A stretch of DNA of 64,000 nt from an uncultured Nitrososphaerota archaeon. GTDB lineage: Archaea; Thermoproteota; Methanomethylicia; Nezhaarchaeales; WYZ-LMO8. Every line of letters begins with the position of its first letter. The first letter of the stretch is position 1. Positions 55,832 to 64,000 of the stretch are shown here, one piece after another. The notes beneath the pieces were generated by a model. It was not told the origin of the DNA and ran no database searches. It saw only the letters and a list, made by a program, of their open reading frames with translations. The DNA lies in NCBI GenBank assembly GCA_964586135.1, contig CAZPGS010000001.1, positions 18,761-82,760 on the forward strand. Reading direction: 5' to 3'. The position numbers and the translations under genes are program-made.

Positions 55832-56572
55832 ATGACTAATATGTTTACGCCACCAAGCTTGGGGTATGACAGAGCGATAACGGTCTTCTCGCCGGAGGGG
55901 AGATTGTACCAAGTCGAGTATGCGTTGGAGGCAGTTAAAAGAGGATGGACGACTTTGGGCATAAGATGCAGAGACGGCGTAGTGGTTGCCGTGGAGAAGA
56001 AGAGGATCTCACCCCTCGTAGACCCCGAGACCATGGAGAAGATATGGAAAGTGGACGATCATATAGGAATCGCGTATGCTGGGTTGGCCTCTGACGGAAG
56101 GGTCTTAATTGATAGAGCTAGGATAGAGGCGCAAATATACAGGTTGATATACGACGAACCCATAGACGTCGAAGTTATAACTCGTAGGATAAGTGATCTC
56201 AAACAATTATATACACAGCATGCAGGGGTTAGGCCGTTTGGTGTCTCGTTCATAATAGCAGGAGTCGATAGAAGTGGAGCTAGACTGTACATGACGGAGC
56301 CCAGCGGCGCGTATGCAGGTTATCACGCTGTAGTCATAGGTGCTGGCTCACAGACAGCTCTCGAGATCCTCGAAAAACATTACAACCAAAGGATGAGCAT
56401 GGAAGAGGGCATAATGTTAGCACTTAAGTGCATGGAGGCTGTGGTCGAAGGAGGGCTAAGCGTCGAGAAAATAGAAATAGCAGTAGCCGAAGTTAAGACT
56501 GGACGCTTCGACAAGCTAAAGGCTCAAGAGGTCAGGGAGTTGATAGAGAAATTTAGAGAACAGATGAAATAG
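55832..56572 (+). CDS. psmA: Proteasome alpha subunit
   Basis: MFTPPSLGYDRAITVFSPEGRLYQVEYALEAVKRG... is the canonical alpha-subunit N-terminus. 246 aa. Confidence 0.95.
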   Translation: MTNMFTPPSLGYDRAITVFSPEGRLYQVEYALEAVKRGWTTLGIRCRDGVVVAVEKKRISPLVDPETMEKIWKVDDHIGIAYAGLASDGRVLIDRARIEAQIYRLIYDEPIDVEVITRRISDLKQLYTQHAGVRPFGVSFIIAGVDRSGARLYMTEPSGAYAGYHAVVIGAGSQTALEILEKHYNQRMSMEEGIMLALKCMEAVVEGGLSVEKIEIAVAEVKTGRFDKLKAQEVRELIEKFREQMK

Positions 56573-56574
56573 TT

Positions 56575-57273
56575 ATGAGTAAAGGCGAGCATTCTATAGC
56601 AAGGCTCGTCCTCGGGCCAGAGAAGTTCGAAATACTCATAGACCCTGAGAAGGCTTGGCAGATAAAACAAGGAGCTAGGGTCGACATTAGAGAGGCCATG
56701 ATAAGTGACGTGATATACAAGGATGTTAAGAAGGGGTTGAGGGCTTCGCGCGAGACTCTTCAGAAGGCCTTTAAGACCCTCGACCCCTACGAGGTGGGAA
56801 AAACTATAATTCAACGAGGAGAAATTCAGCTAACAGCTAAGCAGAGAAAGGAGCTTATAGAGAGCAAGCGCAAACAAATAGTAGCATACATATCAAAGAA
56901 CTGCATTGACTCGAAAACTGGCTTGCCGTTGCCTTCGACTAGGGTAGAGCTGTTACTAAATGAGGCCAAGGTCCCCATAGACCCCTTCAAAGATGCCAAA
57001 GAGCAAGCATTAGAGGTAATCAAAGTATTGAGGACCAAGATTCCCATAAAAATCTCGAAGACATTGCTGGAGATAAGAGCTTTTCCTCAGCACGCCAGCA
57101 AAGTCTACTCCTTAGTACCCCGCTACGGTGAAGTGCTAAAAAGTCAATGGCTAGAAGATGGCTCTTGGAAAGGTGAAGTGGAGGTTCCTGCTGGATTGCA
57201 ATTGGAATTAATCGATAAGCTTAACGCGATGACGCAAGGGAACATTGAAATAAAGGTTATAAGCAAGGGCTGA
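56575..57273 (+). CDS. sbds: Ribosome maturation protein SBDS (Sdo1 homologue)
   Basis: ...ARLVLGPEKFEILIDPEKAWQIKQG...ISDVIYKDVKKG... FYSH domain plus central and C-terminal domains. 232 aa. Conserved psmA–SBDS–Rrp4–Rrp41–Rrp42 order. Confidence 0.9.
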   Translation: MSKGEHSIARLVLGPEKFEILIDPEKAWQIKQGARVDIREAMISDVIYKDVKKGLRASRETLQKAFKTLDPYEVGKTIIQRGEIQLTAKQRKELIESKRKQIVAYISKNCIDSKTGLPLPSTRVELLLNEAKVPIDPFKDAKEQALEVIKVLRTKIPIKISKTLLEIRAFPQHASKVYSLVPRYGEVLKSQWLEDGSWKGEVEVPAGLQLELIDKLNAMTQGNIEIKVISKG

Positions 57274-57279
57274 GACCCT

Positions 57280-57975
57280 ATGCCCATTTACGTTAAGGAT
57301 TGGGATCTCGTAGTTCCCGGAGAAGTCTTGGCAGAAGGGGATTATGTCGCTGGTCCTTACGTGTATAAAGAAGGCAACAAACTATTTGCTACTGTTATCG
57401 GGATAGCGGAAATTAAGAGAGGAGTCATAAGGGTAGTACCATTGCAGGGGCCTTACATACCTAAGGTGGGCGACGTGGTCATAGGGATAGTCGTAGACTA
57501 CTTGCCCACGGCCTACGTCCTTGATATAAACTCCTCCTACAAGGCCATATTACAAGTAGCGGAGATATTACCTCCTCAAAAAGAGGTAAACGCCTTAGCC
57601 GAAGACTTATCTAAGTACTTAGATGTAGGAGACGTTGTTGTGTGCAAGGTTGTGAGGTTTGACAAATACTCAGACGTTGTAGTTTCTTGCAAAGGTAAAG
57701 AACTAGGTAAGATAGCTGATGGAAGGCTAATTAAAGTTAGCCCGGCTAAAATACCAAGGCTCATAGGTAGGAAGGGGTCCATGATTAACTTGATCAAGAG
57801 AGAGACCGGGTGTAAAATGATGATAGGACAAAACGGCTTCATATGGATAAAAGGCAAGGACCCAGCGTCCGAAGTTTTAACAGAAAAGGTCATACGAAAA
57901 ATTGATGAAGAGGCCCACATAAGTGGGCTTACGCAACGAGTTCAGGTCATGTTACAATCGGAGAAGAGAGGCTGA
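57280..57975 (+). CDS. rrp4: Exosome complex RNA-binding subunit Rrp4
   Basis: N-terminal domain, S1 domain (…GDVVIGIVVDY…), KH domain (…LIGRKGSMINLIKRETGCKMMIGQNG…). 231 aa. Confidence 0.9.
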   Translation: MPIYVKDWDLVVPGEVLAEGDYVAGPYVYKEGNKLFATVIGIAEIKRGVIRVVPLQGPYIPKVGDVVIGIVVDYLPTAYVLDINSSYKAILQVAEILPPQKEVNALAEDLSKYLDVGDVVVCKVVRFDKYSDVVVSCKGKELGKIADGRLIKVSPAKIPRLIGRKGSMINLIKRETGCKMMIGQNGFIWIKGKDPASEVLTEKVIRKIDEEAHISGLTQRVQVMLQSEKRG

Positions 57976-57981
57976 TGTTTA

Positions 57982-58737
57982 GTGAGCGTAAAGGGCAAGG
58001 AACTCACGTTGATAAGTCCTGATGGTAGGAGGCTCGACGGCAGGAGGCCAGACGATATAAGGGAGCTCAAAATAAAGGCCGGGATATTGGAGAACGCCGG
58101 CGGCTCTGCTTACGTCGAATTGGGCAACACCAAGATCTATGCAGCCGTTTACGGGCCGCGTGAGGTGCATCCTAGGCACTTGGCCCTGCCCAACAGAGCC
58201 GTCATAAGATGCAGGTACCACATGACGCCCTTTTCGGTCGAGGAGAGAAAATCGCCTGCGCCTACTAGGAGAGAGATAGAGCTATCGAAGGTGATAAGGG
58301 AGTCTTTGACTCCAGCAATAATCGTGGAGCAATTCCCATTTTCGGCAATCGATATCTTCATAGAAGTGATTAATGCGGATGGGAGCACTCGTTGTGCAAG
58401 CATAATCGCGGCGTCCGTCGCATTGGCATCTGCAGGCATACCTATGAAGGACCTCGTGGCGGCGTGTTCTGTAGGCAAGATAAATGGCGTGCTTGTCCTC
58501 GACGTCACTGACGTCGAGGATAAAAACGGAGAAGTCGACATGTCTTTTGCCATGATGCCCAATAGAAATGAGATAACCTTGCTCCAGCTAGATGGAGTGT
58601 TAAGCCTCGAGGAGATAGAAAGAGCGATTTCTATGACCAGTAAAGCTTGCAAGGAGATATACGAGAAGCAAAAAAGTGCTCTAAAGGAGAAGTACATCGA
58701 GCTACGAAAAGCCGTTGAAGAGGGCGCTAGAACATGA
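57982..58737 (+). CDS. rrp41: Exosome complex exonuclease Rrp41 (RNase PH-like)
   Basis: ...RLDGRRPDDIRELKIKAGILENAGGSAYVELGNTKIYAAVYGPRE... RNase PH fold with a phosphate-binding site. 251 aa. Confidence 0.9.
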   Translation: MSVKGKELTLISPDGRRLDGRRPDDIRELKIKAGILENAGGSAYVELGNTKIYAAVYGPREVHPRHLALPNRAVIRCRYHMTPFSVEERKSPAPTRREIELSKVIRESLTPAIIVEQFPFSAIDIFIEVINADGSTRCASIIAASVALASAGIPMKDLVAACSVGKINGVLVLDVTDVEDKNGEVDMSFAMMPNRNEITLLQLDGVLSLEEIERAISMTSKACKEIYEKQKSALKEKYIELRKAVEEGART

Positions 58738-59534
58738 TGCCAAAGCTAAAGAGGCAAGAAATAGTGGACCTCCTTTCATCTGGGAGGAGGATCGACGGGA
58801 GAGGGCTAGAGGAGCTGAGGGCTTTGGAGATTAGATGTCGAACTGTGAAGAACGCTGAAGGCTCAGCTGAGGTTCGGCTTGGCAAGACTTTAGCGATAGC
58901 AGGAGTGAAGACGAGCGTGGGGACGCCCTTTGCAGACACTCCTAACATGGGGGTGATGATAGTCAACGCAGAGTTCCTTCCAATAGCGTCGCCTACTTTC
59001 GAGCCTGGTCCCCCCGATGAGAACGCCATAGAGTTGGCAAGGGTCATCGACAGAGGACTAAGAAGAGCCGGGATGATAGACTTAGAGCAACTTTGTATAG
59101 TTCCCGGCAAAGCCGTGTGGGAAGTGTGGATCGACATATATGCCCTGAACCACGACGGCAACCTCATGGATGCCTCGGCTTTAGCGGCCGTTGCGTCTAT
59201 CTTAACAGCAGAGATGCCCAAAGCCATGGTAAACGAAAAGGGCGAAGTGATGATAAACAAAAGCGAAAAACAGAAGCTACCAATAAAGAGCATACCGATC
59301 ACGGTCACGATAGCCAAGATAGGTGATAAACTGGTGGCCGATCCAAGCCTGGACGAGGAGGAGGTCGCGGACGCGTTTCTGACAGCAACCTTTGTGAAGG
59401 ACAACGTCTGCGCCATTCAAAAGAGGGGAGAGAAAAGCTTAACTGCAGAGGAGACTTTGAGGGCTCTTCAAATAGCAAGGCAAAGGGCTCGTGAGCTCCT
59501 CAAAATAGTTAAGGAGGTCGTGGGCAGTGGGTAG
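58734..59534 (+). CDS. rrp42: Exosome complex subunit Rrp42
   Basis: ...RIDGRGLEELRALEIRCRTVKNAEGSAEVRLGKTLAIAGVK... Inactive RNase PH-like partner. 266 aa, overlaps the rrp41 end. Confidence 0.9.
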   Translation: MMPKLKRQEIVDLLSSGRRIDGRGLEELRALEIRCRTVKNAEGSAEVRLGKTLAIAGVKTSVGTPFADTPNMGVMIVNAEFLPIASPTFEPGPPDENAIELARVIDRGLRRAGMIDLEQLCIVPGKAVWEVWIDIYALNHDGNLMDASALAAVASILTAEMPKAMVNEKGEVMINKSEKQKLPIKSIPITVTIAKIGDKLVADPSLDEEEVADAFLTATFVKDNVCAIQKRGEKSLTAEETLRALQIARQRARELLKIVKEVVGSG

Positions 59535-59754
59535 AATGAAGAAGGTCAAAACTACTGGCAGGTTCGAGGCGAGGTATGGGGCGACGATAAGGAAGAAGGT
59601 GGCAGAAATAGAGGTGATGATGAGGGGCCCTCACAGGTGTCCTTACTGCTATTCAGTGGGCAAGGTAAAACGTAAAGCCGTGGGCATATGGTATTGCAGG
59701 AAGTGCGGGACGATTTTCACCGGAGGGGCTTACGTACCGAAGACTGGGCTATGA
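59527..59754 (+). CDS. rpl37ae: 50S ribosomal protein L37Ae (eL43)
   Basis: MGRMKKVKTTGRFEARYGATIRKKVAEIEVMMRGPHRCPYCYSVGKVKRKAVGIWYCRKCGTIFTGGAYVP is the L37ae C4 zinc ribbon. Confidence 0.9.
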   Translation: MGRMKKVKTTGRFEARYGATIRKKVAEIEVMMRGPHRCPYCYSVGKVKRKAVGIWYCRKCGTIFTGGAYVPKTGL

Positions 59755-60314
59755 TCGAGCCCCCGTCTAGCGTCAAGTACGTGATATCGACATGTCTTAG
59801 ACCTTCGAGAAGGCTGCGCACTTTTGGACGAGATCTGGCACACGCTTTAATTAGCGGTCATTTCATAACTCGAGGCAAGAAGAGGATACTGGACCTAAAG
59901 GGCCTAGCCTTAAACTTTAAAGCCTCTAGATTGATCATAATTCAAGCCAGGAAAGGCAACCCCAGCAGGTTGAATTTTTACGACGCAACTCTCAAGGAGG
60001 TACCACTCTTAGGCTTGCTACTTGTGTCAGGCGTAAAGCTGGTTAGGGAGCAAAAACACACTACATGGGCTCCTCAGCAAGCGAAGCTCGTCGTCGATTA
60101 CGACCTAGAAGCTGTCCCCTCAGAGGTAAGGCGAGAAATAATGTTGATTCCTACATTATTTGACTTGGAGGTCAGCACGACGGAAGATGATAGGTGGGTT
60201 ATGAAAGTTTCATGGACTGAAAAGGGCCTTGAGATTTCATTTATGGACAGGGGACGGGCTCTGTCGTTTGGCCCAGTCATAAGGGTGAAACGGGTTGTGC
60301 TATCGACAACATAG
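59751..60314 (+). CDS. Brix-domain ribosome biogenesis protein (Imp4/Brix family)
   Basis: From the internal Met (ATGA overlap with the L37ae stop): MIEPPSSVKYVISTCLRPSRRLRTFGRDLAHAL... resembles the Brix N-terminus (…ITTSR.PS.R.R.F.K.L…). 187 aa. Confidence 0.7.
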   Translation: MIEPPSSVKYVISTCLRPSRRLRTFGRDLAHALISGHFITRGKKRILDLKGLALNFKASRLIIIQARKGNPSRLNFYDATLKEVPLLGLLLVSGVKLVREQKHTTWAPQQAKLVVDYDLEAVPSEVRREIMLIPTLFDLEVSTTEDDRWVMKVSWTEKGLEISFMDRGRALSFGPVIRVKRVVLSTT

Positions 60315-60579
60315 CGCAAAGATAATCATCGAAGGCGAAGAACACAAACTCGGCGTGTTGTTCTCGGCCCTCAAGCCTGAGAGTGAAGACAGGGGTAGGG
60401 GGTTTTCGGCTGAGATATCCATCGACGAGGAAAAGTTAATAATAAGATTGAGTGCTAAAAGCTTAAGTAGGTTAAGAGCGGTAACGAATTCGTATTTGAG
60501 GTGGATAAAGTCGATATTTGAAGTCATTGAGAGTGGTGATGTAGTTGCAGGCGCAAATCCCACCAGAAGTGCAGCATAA
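60295..60579 (+). CDS. pcc1: KEOPS complex subunit Pcc1-like protein
   Basis: ...LSAKSLSRLRAVTNSYLRWIKSIFEVIES matches the Pcc1 C-terminal signature (L.ALRA..NS.LRWI). 94 aa. The position after Brix and before prefoldin beta fits the conserved neighbourhood. Confidence 0.55.
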   Translation: MCYRQHSAKIIIEGEEHKLGVLFSALKPESEDRGRGFSAEISIDEEKLIIRLSAKSLSRLRAVTNSYLRWIKSIFEVIESGDVVAGANPTRSAA

Positions 60580-60898
60580 GATAATGCAACTACAGGAGTT
60601 GCAAGAAAGGATTAGGACACTTACCTTGCGAAGACAACAGCTTGAAGTGGAGCTAAGAGACGTCGAAAGCGCATTAGACGAGCTCAAAAACGTCGGCGAG
60701 GATGCTTCCATCTTTAAGTTTGCTGGGAGGGTTTTGATGCGCGTGAGCAAGGATGCTATGGTCAAGGAGTTGACGGAGAAGAAGGAGACTCTGGAACTGC
60801 ACATAAAGACATTAGAGAAACAAGAAGTCCACGCTCGGAAGAGATTAGAGGAGTTAAGACAAGACTTGAGCCAGAGCCTAGTGAGCGTATCGATGTAA
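60545..60898 (+). CDS. pfdB: Prefoldin beta subunit
   Basis: MQAQIPPEVQHKIMQLQELQERIRTLTLRRQQLEVELRDVESALDELKNV... Coiled coil – beta hairpin – coiled coil. 117 aa. Confidence 0.85.
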   Translation: MQAQIPPEVQHKIMQLQELQERIRTLTLRRQQLEVELRDVESALDELKNVGEDASIFKFAGRVLMRVSKDAMVKELTEKKETLELHIKTLEKQEVHARKRLEELRQDLSQSLVSVSM

Positions 60899-60921
60899 AT
60901 GAAGTGTTCCACGAGATATAA

Positions 60922-61236
60922 ATGCCCAATGTCGAGGAAATGCTTAAAAAAGTCCAAGAAGCAACTATAAATTACTTAATGGGCCTAGTACAACCCAAGG
61001 AGCTCATAGATGCGTGCGTCTCCCTATCCTTTGAGGACGGCGTCCTAAACGTCGAGGTTGAAGTGTCTTTACATGAAACAAGCTTGAAGAAACCTACCGA
61101 AATAGCTAAGAAAGTTGCACAATATGCGCTCGATCTATTCGATAACATATGGAGGGAGGGCCTTGAGAGAGGTTCTCTTAACAAAGATGGTAAAAAAGGC
61201 CGAGAAAATAGTCATAACCAGCCACCAGAACAGTGA
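60922..61236 (+). CDS. Hypothetical small protein (3' end overlaps the DHH gene start)
   Basis: 104 aa, no recognisable motif. The C-terminal ~20 aa are likely read-through into the next gene. Confidence 0.3.
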   Translation: MPNVEEMLKKVQEATINYLMGLVQPKELIDACVSLSFEDGVLNVEVEVSLHETSLKKPTEIAKKVAQYALDLFDNIWREGLERGSLNKDGKKGRENSHNQPPEQ

Positions 61237-62158
61237 CGTTGACGCTGTGTTGAGCTGTTACGTTGCGAAGAAGATTATCAATAAACTTAATCCACGAGCT
61301 ATAGTCAGCATAATAACGCCCGGAATGAACCTTCAAGCGAGAAAGGTAGCTGAAAGCTTGGAGATCGCGACTGAGATCGTTGAAGGGGATGACCTTCCCC
61401 CATATGATCTATGCCTACTGGTAGACGTCAATAATTTAGCGCACATAGGTGCGTTGAAGGACCACGTAGCGAAGGACAAGCCAGTAATAATAATAGATCA
61501 CCACCGACCTTCGAGTGGCATGCCTTCTAACGCTTTTTCAATAATAGATGATGGGGCTGTGGCGACGGCGGAGGTCATATGCGACATTCTGATGAATTTA
61601 AATTTAAAACCAACGAGAGAAGAAGCGCGGTGCCTATTGATCGGCATACTTTCGGATTCTAGGAGGTTAATGATGGGGACCGAGAAGACGCTACGAGATG
61701 TAGCCTTTTTACTATCTCACGGTGCCTCGCTACCTGAAGCCGTCACTGTCCTCAGCATGCCGATGAGCTATTCCGAGAAGATAGCGAGGCTTAAGGCTTC
61801 GCAAAGGGCATCGTTGTACTCCTTAGGCCAATGGGTTGTGGCCGTTTCAAGCGTAGGTTCACATGAGGCTTCAGCGGCGAGGGCGCTAATTGATTTAGGC
61901 GCTGATCTGGCTGCTGTTTGTAATGAAGTTGACGGTGAAGTTAGGCTATGTGCTAGGGCCAGCGAGGAGTTCGTTAAGAACACGAATGTGCACCTCGGAG
62001 AAGAGTTGGAAAAGCTGGGTTCGATTATGTCTGGCTCAGGAGGGGGCCACGCCAGCGCCGCTTGCGTCACCGTCCCAAGACGGTGTAGCGAAGTTATAGA
62101 CGGATTTCTCACACTTGTGAGTAGCAAGCTAAAATTGCCCACCAAGAAGATAGACTAA
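61187..62158 (+). CDS. DHH-family phosphoesterase (DHH + DHHA1; NrnA/nanoRNase-like)
   Basis: Motifs ...ITSHQNSDVDAVLS... (motif I), ...LLVDVNN... , ...IIIDHHRP... (DHH), and DHHA1 ...GSGGGHASAA.... The track ORF starts earlier (61115); the internal Met MVKKAEK is more plausible. Confidence 0.7.
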   Translation: MVKKAEKIVITSHQNSDVDAVLSCYVAKKIINKLNPRAIVSIITPGMNLQARKVAESLEIATEIVEGDDLPPYDLCLLVDVNNLAHIGALKDHVAKDKPVIIIDHHRPSSGMPSNAFSIIDDGAVATAEVICDILMNLNLKPTREEARCLLIGILSDSRRLMMGTEKTLRDVAFLLSHGASLPEAVTVLSMPMSYSEKIARLKASQRASLYSLGQWVVAVSSVGSHEASAARALIDLGADLAAVCNEVDGEVRLCARASEEFVKNTNVHLGEELEKLGSIMSGSGGGHASAACVTVPRRCSEVIDGFLTLVSSKLKLPTKKID

Positions 62159-62206
62159 GACGGCATATGGAGTGAGAGAGTAAGAGGTCACAAGCGCAAA
62201 TATCGC

Positions 62207-63757
62207 TTAATTCTCAAGCATCTTCATTGCTTCCTCAAAACTTCTTGTTACAATCTTCTTGTCGTAACCAACGTCGACTACATCCCATGGGGCCTCTTCT
62301 TTCGGCTTAAGGAAGTCCTTCGGCAAAAGTCTCATCATAGCGGCCCACGACTTTAACTCGAGCTCTGCCAACTTCACTAAATAGGGGCCCAGCTCGTCAT
62401 CGCCGAGAGAGAGTATGGCCTGGAAAGCGGCCCTATAAGGATTTAGAGTCTCAAGCTTCACCCTAGGACCTCTCAAAAGCTTTGAGTAGAGTTTGTAGCT
62501 CCTCTTCACCTCATCTGGCTTGGGCGGAGGAAGCCATTGGAAGGGCGTGTGCGCTTTAGGTATCAAGGGGTTCATAGATATGTGAAGCGCTGTTCTGCCC
62601 TTAGACATGATTTTAAGGATCTTCTTGATTAGTTGAGCGCTGCTTTCTAAGTCTTCTTTGGGCAGACATGTGATTAAGTAAAACTTTATCTCCGCAAGGC
62701 CTTTGTCCACAATCATTTGCACGACATTTTCCAACACTTCATCGTCGTAGGTCTTGCCCAGAAAAGCTCTGTTCGCTTCAGACAGCGACTCTACTCCGAG
62801 CGCTATGGTCCTTTGGCCCCCTCTCTTAGTGAGCTCTAAGAGTTCTTCGTCAATGACTTCAGGTCTAAGAGATGGTATGGATAGGCTGAGGTTCCTCGAC
62901 AACACCTCTACGCATATGTCCTTAAGCCACGGGACGTCAAAGATGCCCGCGCCGATGAGGACTACGCTATTGGCTCTGCTTCTCAAGGGGCCTTCGTCCA
63001 GCAAGTCCCTTATCTTGCTTAAGCTCCTATACCTAAGGGGGCCGTTGGTCCAAGACACGAGGCAGAATCTACACCTTCTATTACATGATCGAGAAACCTC
63101 AAGGCAAAAGGCATTTGCGAAAAGAGGGTCGATGAGCGCATCAGTGCTCGCAGCGGTGAGCTGAGCTAATATGTGAGGGGCCTGGTCGAGGTCCAGAGCT
63201 AGACATCTCTCCGCCCTATCCTTGCCGTGGCGATAAACAAACTTTAAGTTGCCGACGTCCTCTATCTTCCTTCTCTTGCTCGATTTCGACTTCAATACCT
63301 CTAATAGGTCACTGAGGCAAGGCTCCAAGTCGCCTACGAAGACGCAGTCCACTATTTTTGAGACTGGCAACGGGTTGGCTGACACAGCCTGGCCGCCAGC
63401 AATTACTATGGGATCGGCCTCACCGCGCTCGTCTGCAATAGGGTTTAGGCCAGCATCTAAGAGCATTCTCACCATGTTCACGTAGTCCTCTTCGTATTGA
63501 AGCGTAAAGGCGATGACGTCGAAGTCCCTCAGTTCTGCTCCACTCTCAACGGTCCTGAGAGGTTTTGTGAGGAAACACCGCTCGCACAGCACTTCGTCGT
63601 CTAGGTTAAACAGGTAATAGAGCTGTTGAACCGTCAGGCCAGTCATTCCAGCTTTATAGACGTTTGGATAGCAAAGGGCTATCTTCAACTTGCTCCTCTG
63701 CCAGTTCTTCCTCACCACGTTGTACTCTAGGAAGCTAACTTTTTTCGCTAAGTCCAT
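62207..63757 (-). CDS. Radical SAM protein with N-terminal B12-binding-like domain (COG1032-type Fe-S oxidoreductase)
   Basis: N-terminal Rossmann-like B12-binding-like region (…IALCYPNVYKAGMTGLTVQQLY…DVIAFTLQYE…). Radical SAM core CNRRCRFC (CxxxCxxC). 516 aa. Confidence 0.7.
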   Translation of the reverse strand: MDLAKKVSFLEYNVVRKNWQRSKLKIALCYPNVYKAGMTGLTVQQLYYLFNLDDEVLCERCFLTKPLRTVESGAELRDFDVIAFTLQYEEDYVNMVRMLLDAGLNPIADERGEADPIVIAGGQAVSANPLPVSKIVDCVFVGDLEPCLSDLLEVLKSKSSKRRKIEDVGNLKFVYRHGKDRAERCLALDLDQAPHILAQLTAASTDALIDPLFANAFCLEVSRSCNRRCRFCLVSWTNGPLRYRSLSKIRDLLDEGPLRSRANSVVLIGAGIFDVPWLKDICVEVLSRNLSLSIPSLRPEVIDEELLELTKRGGQRTIALGVESLSEANRAFLGKTYDDEVLENVVQMIVDKGLAEIKFYLITCLPKEDLESSAQLIKKILKIMSKGRTALHISMNPLIPKAHTPFQWLPPPKPDEVKRSYKLYSKLLRGPRVKLETLNPYRAAFQAILSLGDDELGPYLVKLAELELKSWAAMMRLLPKDFLKPKEEAPWDVVDVGYDKKIVTRSFEEAMKMLEN

Positions 63758-63867
63758 TTTTGAGGCTCTCCCAGCTTAAACGAAGAGCAGGCCGACACTT
63801 AACTTAAACATACTTAAACATAAAAATGAGGCACACTACTAGATCATGAGGTTGAAATCGGGAAAGC

Positions 63868-64000
63868 CTAAGCTGGTTGCTGGAGGGCCTTTGCCTCTTC
63901 GCTTTCGAGCGGTACTTGAAGGAGCTTGCTCTTCATCGCTTCGACTTTTCTTAGTGGGTATATCTTCTTAGCCTTGTTGTAGGCATCGGACGAAATCTTT
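63868..64000 (-). CDS. 3' end of an unidentified CDS entering from beyond the window end
   Basis: Reverse-strand frame reads ...KISSDAYNKAKKIYPLRKVEAMKSKLLQVPLESEEAKALQQPA* with the stop at 63868-63870. Not identifiable from 43 aa. Confidence 0.2.
   Translation of the reverse strand, partial: KISSDAYNKAKKIYPLRKVEAMKSKLLQVPLESEEAKALQQPA

Noticed and set aside
60922-61236. C-terminal ~20 residues of the 104-aa hypothetical ORF
   Set aside because: They overlap the DHH phosphoesterase start region in another frame and are likely read-through. The core small ORF is kept at low confidence.

Overview
Archaeal chromosomal core region of about 64 kb, roughly 50% GC, densely coding on both strands. 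The gene content looks TACK/Crenarchaeota-like: an HMf-type archaeal histone, Alba, a thermosome subunit, bifunctional FBP aldolase/phosphatase, separate RNA polymerase subunits F, L and M/TFS, a PCNA–PriL–PriS–GINS-like replication module, an AglB/STT3 oligosaccharyltransferase and an archaeal-type AspRS. About 80 genes are supportable, mostly from the conserved archaeal information-processing gene neighbourhoods (translation, transcription, replication, RNA processing). There are two tRNAs, Ser(UGA) on plus and Val(CAC) on minus. Two small genes missed by the ORF track (<60 aa) are Nop10 and L40e. No CRISPR array, IS element, rRNA or prophage signal was seen. The most unusual features are as follows. 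(1) The S19 gene is inverted in situ inside the otherwise co-directional L3-L4-L23-L2-[S19]-L22-S3-L29 cluster. (2) A MoaD/SAMP-like ubiquitin-fold domain carries an internal Gly-Gly and is fused to an uncharacterised ~210-aa domain; it lies between a THUMP RNA-binding gene and a divergent SplB-like radical SAM gene. (3) A minimal Tad/type-IV-pilus-like operon has a 714-aa secretion ATPase, two TadB/TadC-like half-platform genes that share one reading frame across a TAG-GTG junction, and an 81-aa Flp-like prepilin with Glu+5. (4) A degraded PAPS-reductase-like gene sits next to a small ferredoxin. (5) A His/Ser-rich polypyrimidine microsatellite sits at the 5' end of the THUMP ORF. All calls rest on reading the translations by eye against known family signatures; no database search was run.
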